Shown one piece after another: positions 12,301 through 24,300 of a DNA stretch of 44,941 nt. The stretch's first letter is position 1, and each line of letters starts with the position of its first letter. Source of the DNA: Lama guanicoe (taxonomy: Eukaryota); assembly GCA_013239625.1 (NCBI GenBank), contig PNXV01006132.1:1-44941 (forward strand), given 5' to 3'. The notes beneath the pieces were generated by a model, which worked only from the letters and a program-made list of their open reading frames with translations, did not search any database and was not told the DNA's origin. The translations under genes and the position numbers were made by a program.

Positions 12301-15300
12301 GAGTCACCAAGGAGTGCAGGGTTGGAGTTGGATGTGGGGGAGAAGATGCAAGGAGAAAACTTTTAACTTGAATACAGTCATAACAGGAAACAGACAGTGA
12401 CACTGGTGAGCCCAGAGCCCCAAGCCTTTTCCCAGTAAGCCAGGCTGAAGGGACACTTCCCTCAACCAAGCTGCCAAGAGCATTGGGAAAATCTCCCATG
12501 ATCTGCCTCAGGCCTTATGACACCTAATGGTTCCTGCCATCCGCAAAGGGATTCTGGCCATCAGGAGTTCAAAACCAGCTTGGACTTTATTCAGAGGACA
12601 AAAGGGAGCCACGAAAGGGAAGAGTCGTGGTCTCATCTGTGTTTACAAAGATCTTTCTTGAAGCAGCATGGAGCACATATCAAAGAAAGAAAACCTGAAG
12701 GCAAAGAGATGGCCTGGGATGCCATCTGCCATTCTCTTTGTTTATTGAGACCTGCCAGCTAGGAGCTGTGAATGCCTGAGAGTAGGTGAACATGATTCCC
12801 AGGTGGAAAAGGTAGCTACACTTGTATGTAAGGAAGCCACAGACTTGCTAAAAATTCTTCCTGAATCCAATTAACAATCAGAAAAGATGTGGGAACAGAT
12901 GTGCGGTCAGAAGCATAATTTATGAGTTTACTGGAATAAATGATCCTTTTAGGTCCAAAATTCTGGGTCCTGTCAGGCTCTGGGTCCTGACAAATACATC
13001 TTTTTCTATGTCTCTAGGCACCTTGGTTGGGAGTAAATGTCTATAAATGACAGCCTTTGTCTTTCTATTTCTACTTTCCCTCGTTCAATTTTTCTGATGC
13101 TGACCCACATAAATAAAGTCCCTGTGCCCCACTCCTATTACCACGTAAGAGTAGGTGGCATGGGGGAGGGAGCCCTGTTATTTCCAATTTATTACCAAGG
13201 AAAATGTCAGCAACAAGCGTTTCCTGGGGGAGGGTATAGCTCACTCGTAGAGCATGTGCTTAGCACGCGGGAGGTCCTAGTTTCAATCTGTAGCATCTCC
13301 ATTAAAAATAAACAAACCCTAACTGCCTCCCTGCCCAAAACAAACAAACAAAAAGTATTTCCCTTTTTGTCAGCTTCAAGGAAGCTCCGAGATTTACTGA
13401 GTGGTTGATTTCAGTAGGTTTCTTTAATTTGGCTTTCTGGTATCATAACTCCCATCTCCCATGCCATCATGTGGTTTTTGATCTCCTGTGATTATTTTAG
13501 TTGCCTGTTTGTGTGTCCGGGTGTGAGGGCTCCATTGCATGCACCCGGTTCCTTTCTCAACCACACAGACGCCTCTGAACTCTCTTCGAAACTCCCACAC
13601 CCACCTGCCCCTCTGTGGGGATGAGCAGGAAAGGCTTGCAGAGATGGGGCCCAGCGTCCCAGTCCCGGAGGCTGCCCCGACACGCCCTCTCGTCCGAGCA
13701 CTGCAGCCTTTTCCGCGGCATCATCACATCCAGGTCCAGTGTGAAGTTCAGAGCGGTCTCTCTGAGGCCTGGGAATGAAGACCAGATCTTCCTGACAAGG
13801 CTGGGATGGGACGGGCAAGCCCCAGATGGAGGGCCTCCTGTGAACCCCTCCAGACTGGTGTCCCCACGTGGGCACGTCCCTGAGTTTCTTCCTCATTTCA
13901 AAGGTATTTTTCTCATGTCTTCTGGCACCTGGTACCCCAACCCCAAACCCAGAGCAGCACATCCCCAGGGCTGAGCCAGTCTTCCCCAGGGGAAGGACGG
14001 TTTGGAGAGGAGGATAGAGTTGAGGGAGAAAATGAGGAGGAGGAAAAATTCAGGGAATGGAGAGAGGAACCACAGAGTAAAACCTGAGGACAGCAGAGCT
14101 GGAAGCACCTGGTAGATCACCTGGGCCAGCTCCCTCACCGCTGAGAACGGAAAGCAGGGTCCAGAGAGTGAAAGACACCTGCCCAGTGTCACACAGCTGC
14201 TCAGCAGCTGCTGTTCAGACTCTGGGGCCTGAACTTGTCAGCCTGTACAGCTGGAACTGAAAGGGCTGCCATTTTTGACCCTCACATTTGACCCTCATAA
14301 GCCACCCCGCCTGAGAGACAGCTTTCTGACCTGCGGGAAGCAGAGAGACATCTCTGGGGTTGTTACCTTGTGGCTGAGGGACCTCTTTGGTTGGCAGTAA
14401 ATACCTGGGCTTTGAAAGCCATGCCCACCCTCTGCCTTCCGGAAAGTCTCCCAACCAGGGCCAGGTAAGGGGACAGGAAGAGAGGCCAGGCCTCAGCAGG
14501 TTATCCAGTCCCCACTGGGCCAGGGAGATTCGGTGAGGAGCGAGGGAAGATGTGAATCAGAGAGAATCAGAGAGCAAGAGGAAGGGCACGTCTCAGGAGC
14601 CCTACGGCCACACGCACGCATGGACACAGCAGCTGGAGATGGAGAAAGGCCTGCCTTTTTCTGGGTCTTCTTTCAGATACTCAAACCCTTCAGCCCCCAA
14701 GAAGGGGGATCTGTCTAATGCCCTCTACCCAACAGGGTCAGGCAGACCCCTTCAGAGTGTGGACGTAACAGCGGATCACCTTTTTCTGGGGCAGTCCCCA
14801 TTAAGCAGAACCTAGGGCCAAAGGAGCTAAGGTCTAACAGAAGGATTTTGAAACACCCCCGCTCCCCCCAGCCCTCTCTCCCCACCCCCACCGCAGCCAA
14901 CAGCAACTGACCGCAGCACTGGACACGCCAGCTAGGCTGCCTGTTACCTGACTTGGCAGCTGTGGTCTCAGAGCTGATTTCAAAACACAAACACGCATTC
15001 ACGCTGCCGCTGAAGCCAATGGGCAGTGCGTTGGGGGCGAAGTTCACGGACACCTTCAGAGGAGCCACAGGTCTTGAGCTAAACAGGACAGCAAGGAGGA
15101 CCGTGAGAAGTGGCCACAGGCCTTCTGGATTGGTGCTTGGCTCCTTCTTTCATCCGGGGAATATTTATGAAACTTCTTTCATATGCCACGTGTTGTTCTG
15201 AGACTTCAGGACAGAGTAGGGGAAGAGACAAGCCCTCCTCGGGCGGGAAGACAAACAACAAGCAAATAAACAAGCAGAAACAGGAAAACCCTCGGTCCGG

Positions 15301-18300
15301 GTAATGCAATGATACAAATAAAACTGGCTAAGGCAATAGAGACTGGGGGCTACTCAGCTGGGTGGTCAGGGACGGCCTCACAAGCGAGGAGACATTTAAG
15401 CTGAGCTCTGTTAATGAGAAAGAGTCAGCTCTGTGAAGATCTCGGGGAACTGCATCCCAGGCAGAAAGCACAGACAATACCAAGGGCCTGTGGTAGGAAT
15501 GAGTCTGGATTGTTTGAAGAACATGAAGGTCAGCATAACCGGAGCAGAATTAGTGAGACAGATGGGCAGTAACAGGAGAGGGGGATGGAGGGTCTGCAGG
15601 GCCAGGCCATGGTCAGGAGTTTGGATTTTACTCTAAGTGGGAGCCACGGAGGGGTTGTAAGCAGCAGAAGGAAGGGATCTCTCCGGCGGCTGTGTGGAGA
15701 GTGGAGCACAGGGAGTGGGAGCCAGGAAGGATGCCACAAAAGTGGTCCAGGTGCCAGGTGACAACGTCATGTGCTAGGAGGTATTTTGGAGGCAGAGCCC
15801 AACACACACTTGTTGATGGGGTGGCAGGGGAAGGGGAAAGAGGAATCAAGGGTGACTCCTGGGTTTTTGTCCTGAGCAAATGGTGCCCTTTGCTGAGATG
15901 GGAAGCCGAGGGAGGGGCAGGGTGGAGAGAACGAGGGGTGGGTGGGAATAAGAAGCCATTTTTAGACGTGTGAACTCTGTGATGCCCGTGAGTGACAGCC
16001 AAGAAGGGTGTTGAGTAAACAGCCAAGTCTGGAGCTTAGCCAAGAGCACAGGGCAGATAAGTGCCCTGTCAGCTTATTTATAGCCACTGGACTTGATAAT
16101 TCGCCTAGGGACAGAGCACAGAGGCTCTGAAATTAATAAAAACACTAGCAGCCATCACTGAGCACTGTGCTAAATTGCATAGACTCTCTCCATTAATCTT
16201 CGTAAGTCTGTGAGGTAGGTGCATTGTTACTCCCATTTATAGATGAGACCGTTGGGACTTGGAAATCAGTAGCCCGCCCCAGGCCACCCCTCTAAGTGCA
16301 GGCTCAGGTTCGAGCCTAGATGGGCAGACCCCAGAGCTGATGCCCTCCACCGCTGCGCCTGTTCCCCCCCATCAGTGCCTGGTGTTCTCACAACATTTAG
16401 GGCAGGGCAACTGGTGAAGCTGCCCAGGAGGCAGGGCAGACCCTACCGGAGCACAGCTGCCCGGCCCAGAGCGCCCACGGTGATGTCAGCAAGGCCGTCG
16501 CCACTGAAATCCAAGCCACCGGCCACAGACATGCCGAAGTAGTGGAGTCCTGGGGCCATTGCTGAGGCTCTGATCCTCTGCAGAGGGAGAGACACGAGGT
16601 GTTATAGAGGGAATGGGGTTTCCGTCCATTTTACTCAGTCAGCAGATCAGCCTCGGTCCCAGGGGAAGAGGCATTTGAATGGAGGCTTGAAGGAGGGTGG
16701 GGTTTGACCAGGAGAATGAGGACAGCGAGGGGTGGGGAAGAGCAAGGTCATCCAAGGGAAGAGCAAGGTCATCCAAGGAAACAGCCAGGGGCCACTGTGG
16801 TGGGAACAGGGGGGATGTGGGTGCAAGGACGCCTGATGTGAAACCAAGGAATAGAGTCGGGGTGTCTACTCAGAACTACAGAATTTCAGACACGCCACTG
16901 AAGACACAGGGTGGAAGATGCAGAGGAGGCGGGAGCCAGGGCAGGGGTGCTGGGGATGGAGAGGAGGGGCTGGATGGGGGAGGCTGACAGGCTGAGCCGG
17001 GTGTCTGGGGTTACCCAGGGTTTCTGCTGTGAGGGGTAGAGGAGGGGCCCAGAGGGGCAGCAGGTCTTGGGGAGAGGGTGCTTTCTGTTGGGCATCAAGA
17101 AAGTGAGATGCTGGACACCGTGCAGGTGGGAGGCTCAGGAGCAGCTGGACACACAGGACTGAAGCTTGCAGAAAAACGGCAGCCACAGTGGGTGAAAGTG
17201 CCCTTAAGAGACGTAGCACGGAGGCGGGCACTAGAGCCCTGGGGGATGAGAGTGAGGCATGGAGGGTGGGGTTGGGGACAGGAGCCAGAGAAGGGACTGA
17301 GAGAGAGGAAAGAGGCTCTGAGGCAGGTCCATGGTCAGGAATGCCAGAGGAGGAGGGAAATGCAGGTCAGGAAAGTGCACGGACGTTGCCATGACCTCTC
17401 GCCCCACTGGAAGGGTCTGGGGTGAGAATTTCCAAGTGACTCTGTCCTTCATCGGGCGCTCCCAGCCCCCTGGGACTTGCCTGGCACTTAGGACTGGAGC
17501 TGACTTGGGTCTCAGGCCATCATATCTGGGAAGGTCAGAGTCTTAGAGTAGAAGCCCTGTGGTCACCTGTGACCAGCTGGTAGAGAGGTTAACCAGCTGG
17601 TTGGTAGAACGTCCGTTGTAGATGTACACGCTGCCAAAACCTGCGCCATCATCTGCTCCAAAGTCCTCCAGGGGGGCCCCGATGGCCACATCTGTGAGCT
17701 TGTCCTGACTGATATCCCCCACCGTTGCCATGGCAAAGCCAAATCGGGCATATATTAACCTGGAATGCCCGATCAGCTCGCGCTCCAAGGAGAAGGAACC
17801 ATCCTGTAGAGCAGAGAGGCAGCTCAGCCTTCAAGACAGGGCTGCAGGGTGCCCACCTCATCGCCAACCCAGGAGGCGTGCTCATGGACTTGGTGACTCT
17901 GATTCTCCACTGGGGACTCTGAGGCTCAGAAAAGGCAAGAGACCTTCCCAAGGGTACACAGTGCGCGAGTGGTGAAGCTGGGGTCTTCCTGCCTTGCAGT
18001 TCAGGACCTAGAGCCATCCCACCCTCCAACTCCCATGATGGGGGACTAGACTGGCCATCAGGAGGCCCAGCTTCTCGCCTTGGCTCCACCACACACTTGC
18101 TCTATATACTGAAGCAAGTCTCATCATCACTGAGTCTCAGCCTCCTCATCTGTAGAATGGGAGGGACAGCTACCTCCCACAGTGACTGTGAGAAACAAAT
18201 GAGATCGCAGACAAAACATGCTGTGTCAACTGTGCAGCGATTTGGAATGTGGTCATCCTCAACATGAGAAGACGAGGTAGGGGAGGCGAGACAGTGGGGG

Positions 18301-21300
18301 AGGGCAGGGAGAGCAGTAGTGGCCCCCCACCCCAACCCAGGCCACCATCCACTCTGAGCTCCCTGTCACCGCCCTCTGGTGCAAGGCAGGGCCAGGGTGC
18401 TCTCAGCCTCCAGCATGTTGGCCCCAGGGTGAGCAGCCACAGCCTCAGCAAGGACAGAGACTCTCCCACCTGCTTGTTCACACGGTACATGTAGACTCTG
18501 CCCTCCTCTCCTTGAACGTGGTAGAATGGAGCCGCCACCAGCAAGAAGTCCGTGGTCCCATCCATGTCAATGTCCACAGGGCACAGCCCAGAGCCAAAAT
18601 AGGACCCCATCTACATTGCAGGAGGAACACAGTCACGGGGAGGGCTGAGGAGGCCCCCCCAGACCCCTCAGCAAGGCTAGAATCCTGTTCTTGCCCTTCC
18701 TGGACCACCGAATTGGGGTCACACCAGTTTCATCTGTTCACCGGAATAACACAGGGGACGGGGTGAACAGCCCCTCCCCCCCCAATGAGACACGCAGAGC
18801 TGGGGCAGGAGCTGAGTTCCGCTGGGGCTCTGCCCAGGATGGGTGCCCTGGAGCCCACCCCTTTCCCTGTGGGGTCTCCAGACCCCTCCTCTATAGTAAC
18901 GGGGGTGGGGAGGGTCTTCTCCAGCACATACCTGCTCGCCCTCCAGCACTGGCACGAAGTCAGTCTCTCTGCCCTCCTGGAGCTCAAACACAGCCCCTCT
19001 CTGCCTGTGCCGTGGAGCCCCCGCCACATAGGCGAGGCCAGAGGGCTTGTGCAGCACAGCCACCGAGTAACCTGAGGGTTGGGGGCTGTGACTGGGAGCC
19101 CCCACCGCCTGACTCCTTTGAGCCCCCCACCTTCCCAACTAGACCCTCGAAGTGGCCTGGGCAGGGAGGCAAAATTGGAGAGACTATCTTTCTCATCCTT
19201 TTAAAAATTCATCAGCGATTGCTCCCACTTACCCACTGTGGCCAGTCACACACACGGGCCCCAGCACACAGATGGGATGTACACACATTATCATACACAC
19301 AGCTTCGCTCAAAATGTACTCCACAATTACTGCCCACGTTCATTACCCACACAGCACAGGAAGACCGAGGAGGGCATGAAGGCTCACCTACCACTATTAA
19401 CGGCAAGGCTCTCTCCTTCCCTAGGCAGCCACCCAGGGCCACCCAGCACTTCAGTTCTGAGCAGGCCTAATTCTAAGCTTCAGGGTCCCTAACCAGGGCC
19501 CATCCCTTAGTCCATGTGATCGACAAGGGCCCTCTTGGACTAGGAAACTTATTGCAGCCTAAGGTACAATCTCAGTATCCCAGACAGCCTCCAAGTCTCC
19601 GCCCTCACCCAGGCAGCCTCCAGGTCTCACCCTCACCCAGGCAGCCTCCAGGCCCCACCCGCACCCAGGCAGCCTCCAGGCCCCGCCCTCACCCAGGCAG
19701 CCTCCAGGCCCCGCCCTCACCTAGGTAACCATATTGCGCAGCCTTGGCATCCACCACTGTCTGGTTCAGGAAATGGCCCCGACAGTTATTTGTGTCATAG
19801 AGCAGCACACCCCCCGACCAATCAAAGGCCCCGACAGCTCCGAGCAGCACCTGTCCCTGCAGGGGACAAGGGTTGGTGACCCTGTGAGCAGGAGGGACCC
19901 AGGGCCAGCTATGGTGGCCAAGGGTCTACCGGCCAATGCAGTGAGCCTTGCAGAGGGGACAGGAGGTGTTCAGCATGCCTGTGTCCCACCTGCCAGAGGT
20001 GCAGGAGGATGGTGAGATGGCAAACTCTAGGTTCCTGCCTTGTACCCATGAGTTTGTCAGGGCAGCTGTCCCCCCAGTACCAAGGACCTCCCAGGGCAGA
20101 AATCCAACCCGGGGCCCAGATGTTGAGTGTTAAAAAAAAGTCTGACTGAGCAAGACATGGCTCATCTCCACAGGCCGCCCAGCCAGGGCCCAAGGCCCAC
20201 CTGCAGGGAGAGATGTGCCAGCCCAGCTTCCACCACATACATGGACAGTGTCCTCAATGTGCCTGCATGTCTCCCCATCAGCAGGGGACAGGGCCTTCGG
20301 TCGGAAGAAGTACTCAACTTGGTTGGCAAGCCCAGCCAGGCCAAAACCCATGTCTATGCTAAGGGACACTGCTTAATCCTGGAACAGGACAAAACAACCT
20401 CCTGTTTATAAGTAGGGCCTTACTTTCATTGACCTCAAAGGTCCAGTTTTGGGGCAAGGAAACTTTGTCCTAAAATGGCTCCTTCAGAGGCATCACCACA
20501 GGAGGGCAGGGAGAGCAAGAGGTCCCTGAGTTCCTGGGGGTCGTGGGGGCGCCCTCCTCTGTGGGGAGCCTGCCCGGTGTTGAGTCGGCCATGTACCTCG
20601 TCCAGGATCTGGGCGCTGAACCCGACCTGTGCCAGCTGGTAGTGGGGGGCGTCTCCGACCATGCCTGGAAGACAAGAAGCCAGTGAGTTGGCTGTGGGCC
20701 GAGGTGAAGGGAGAAACCACGTCAGAGAAGGGTCCAGCTTGGCCTTGCTCCCAGGGGAGCGATGTTCCACACGATGGGCTGAGCACCAGGCTGGAGGAGA
20801 GATCTGGGTCCTGACAGAGCAGGCTGGGCAGCCCCCATCCCCCACTCGCCCTTTTGGGCCTCGGTCTCCTCATCTGTGAGCTCCTGGGAGCAGGAACCAC
20901 ACCCCAGTCAGCCTTTATCTCCAGCACCAGAAAGAGCCTCATGGAATCTGGGGGAGGTAAAGAGGGCTGGGGATGCTGTTGCCTTTTGAGAGATGGAACA
21001 GCTGAGGCTCAGAGAGGTGACGGTTGTCCAGAGTGCCACACGGAGGTAGGACGGGGCGGGGCTGGAGCGCAGGTCTCAGGCCTCCCGCTGAAAGCTCAGG
21101 GGGCTGCCGCGGGCTGGTTGCGGCCCCTGGAGCCTCACCTTCCACGCGAATGATGCTCTGCTGCAATTTGCTCAGCAGCCCATCCAGCGCCATGTAGTTG
21201 GTCACCTTGAAGGCGTGGGCCTCAGGGGTCTCTGAGGCAATCAGCTTCAGTTGCTCATAGGTCTTGTTATTCTTAAATGCATCTCCCACCTGCACAGATG

Positions 21301-24300
21301 CCCTGGGCAGTGGTCAGCGTGTGAGGGCTCGCCAGGCCCAGGGAGAGCGCTGAGCCCGCCCGCTGGCTGAGGTCCTCCGCCTTCTCCCTTCTTTACCTGC
21401 TCCCTATGCTCCTCCACACACACTCTACATGGGTTTTCCTGAACACACTGGGCTCCTTCTCACCCCTGAATGTCCTGGTCCCTCTGCCTGCAGTGCCCTT
21501 CCCGCCTCCCCTGTGCCCTTGGTTAGCTACTCCCGTTTGTCCTCCAAGACTCGGCTCAGCACCATCTCCTCCAGGAATCTTCCTGCTATCCCTCCCATGG
21601 CTCCCAGAGTGTCCACCGCTCTCCCCATCACTGCTAGGCCAGTGAGCCATGTCCACTGTTAGGAAATGAGCCCTCTGGGGGAAGACCCAGAGGTAGGCGG
21701 GAGCTGAGGGGAGCAGGGGACACGGCGGGGCTGAGAGAAGAGAACCTGGTGAGTGTGAATGGAGCAGGTTTGGGTAAGCTGCTTACCGAAGTCCCTCTAG
21801 GAACCCTGGCTCCTCCCCACCCCAGGCTGTACAGGGTCACAGGGTATCCACCCACCCGCCCAGCTCCTGGCTCTTACCCCAGTGGCAAAGCGCTCAACAA
21901 CTTGCATCTTTGGGGAATTGATGACAGTCGTGAGGTTGAGGGGGTCCCCGAATATGTCCCCATCGGTGAGCACCACCATGACCTTGGAGGCCTTTCTTCT
22001 GGAGCCATGGCTTGGGGTGAAGATGTTGTCTCTAAGTCGGGGAGAATAAATGGAGAGAACTTTGCCAAAAGGACAACTGAGCCTGGGGGAGATTTTACTG
22101 AGCTGTTATAGAACTGGAGAGGATTAAGGAGCCCTCCTAGGGGAGCAAAGGCCCAGAGAGGGACGGTGATGCCCTACGGTGCACAGCAGGGCAGGTGGAC
22201 ATGAGGCTGTAACACACATGTTCTTGCCCCGCACCTGCTCCCAATGGAAAGATGCTGGACAGCACTTGAGCCTCTTCCTCGCATGCACGTGTAGGAATGA
22301 TAATGACATTAATAACAGTGGCTGAGATTTACATAGCACTTATGTGCCAGGCACTGTTGTAGGTGCCGTCCAAGTTTTAACCCATTTAATCCTTACAAAA
22401 TCCTATAAGGCAAGTACTACTGTTATTCTCATTTTAACAGTGACGAAATTGAAGCACAGAGAGGTTAGGCAACTTGCCCAAGGTCTCACAACTAGAGCTG
22501 GGAGTTGAACCCAGGGAGCTTGGCCACTGAGCCCCTCCCTATAAGCACTGTGCCTGATTGCCACTGCGGGAGGAACCTTTGGAGGAACTTTTGGAGGACT
22601 GTCCTGGGGTGTCATCCACCAGCCAAGGCTGGACTAGAGGACCTCACAGTCCCCTTTCAGCCAAGGAAGACCCTCTCCTCTTCCCAGTTCTGGCCAGCCA
22701 CTTTCTCCAGTCAGGATGCCTCAGAGCCTCTGGGCAGGGCCATGGGCCGGCACCCAGCAGGTGTGCAGGTAATCCCCACTGCCCTCACACTCACAGCACA
22801 TGCTGCATGGCAGAGGCAGTCTTGGTGACATTGCCCACTTGAGTGATGTTCTGGACTCTGGCGAGGGAGGCCGTCACGTCTTGGCTGTCCTGAAGGTCAA
22901 GCTCCGTCTGGATGACTGTCCCGTACTGCACCAGGGCAAAGCTGCACTGGAGGGGAGGGCCAAGGGGGGAGGAAGTTGGCAGAGTCACCATGCCCACGGC
23001 CACTTCCACTCCTTAGATGGCTCCCCTTGAAGGCAGTGCAGAATCCACTCCTTCCTCCTCAACTCTGGGCCAGAGGAGATGCCGAGGCAGAGGGAAATCT
23101 CTAAGCCAGTAGGGGGCGAGGAAGGTGTGATGGTAATGCCTCCCAGTGAGTCACAGGCTGCTCCCTGAATCCACGTCCCTGTGTGGTCCCCCTCCCCCAC
23201 ACTGGCTCCAGGACAGGCCATGTGACTTGCTTTGGCCAATGGGGCATCAGCCAATGTGATCCAATCAGAGGCTTGAAAAGCGCCTGCCATGAAAGAGTTG
23301 GGCTGAGCTGCTGAAGGCACAGGACCCAGACAAGTGATGGTACCTTAGGCCCCCCAAGCAAGCAACCAGAAGTCTGCAGCTACAGGAATAACTCCAGCAG
23401 AACCACCACCCTGCTGAGCCCAGCCCAAATAGCTGACCCACGAATATGAGCAGGTCACTGGGGGACGCTTTGGGGTGGCGGGTTCACTGTGGTGGGTCAC
23501 CCAGAGGCTGTGTGAGTCCAGCCCTTAGGGAAGCCCACCTCAAAGCACTTCTCATAGACGTTCTTCATCATGTTGGAGATGAAATCTTTGGCTCTCTGGA
23601 AGTCTGGGGGATCGATGCTTCCTGAGCCATCCAGGATGATGGCGATCTCGGTACCTGGGCCAAGACAGGGAGCAGGTCAGGAGTGGGCGTGGCATTCGGG
23701 GCAGGAGTGAGGGCACCCACCCCACTGAAGCTCTGAGGGCTCAGTTCAGGGAGGACGTCGATGATGCTCCCAAGAGGGAAGCCTTTGTCTCAGGGGCAGA
23801 GACAGTCAGAGGCTGCTGGGGCTCTGGCTGTGTGTCACTCCTCGCACTCCCACTCGCCTGTAAGATGGAGTGGGGCAGAGCTGGGAGTGGCCAGGCCTGT
23901 AGAATCCAGCCACTGCTCCCCATCTCCCGGACCTAGGGCCCCTCATCCCTGGAGGTCACCAGCCTAGGGGTCAGCTCTGACAGCTTCTGGGAGCAAGCTA
24001 GATCTGCCTCTTCTTACCTGCTCCCTCCTCCTCCTCCTCCTCTTCCTCCTCCTCCACCTTCAGAGCCCGGCGCTGCCTGGCTCTGTTCTCCGTGCTGCCT
24101 TCTTTGTTCCTGGAGCAGACTCCAGCATCCACATGGGCATCGGGATCCAGGAGATTCTCTAAAAAGTACACATGGATGAGCCCAGGGTCAGATGGCCTCC
24201 TGTTCACCTCCAGGCAAGCCCACACTTAGCTCTGCCCTGGTTCCCTTCACAGGGGCCTAGACCTTTTGGCCTTCTCGGGGCCTCTGTGTCCCTCTGCACC

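Noticed and set aside
12561..12583. Alu/7SL-like 23-mer TCAGGAGTTCAAAACCAGCTTGG
   Set aside because: The similarity does not extend on either side; most likely a chance match.
18691..19470. 259-aa + strand ORF
   Set aside because: Antisense to ITGAE exon 13 in GC-rich intron sequence, non-ATG start, Pro-rich with no domain.
19579..19725. CRISPR-like array
   Set aside because: Units are contiguous with no unique spacers, in a eukaryotic intron; it is a minisatellite.
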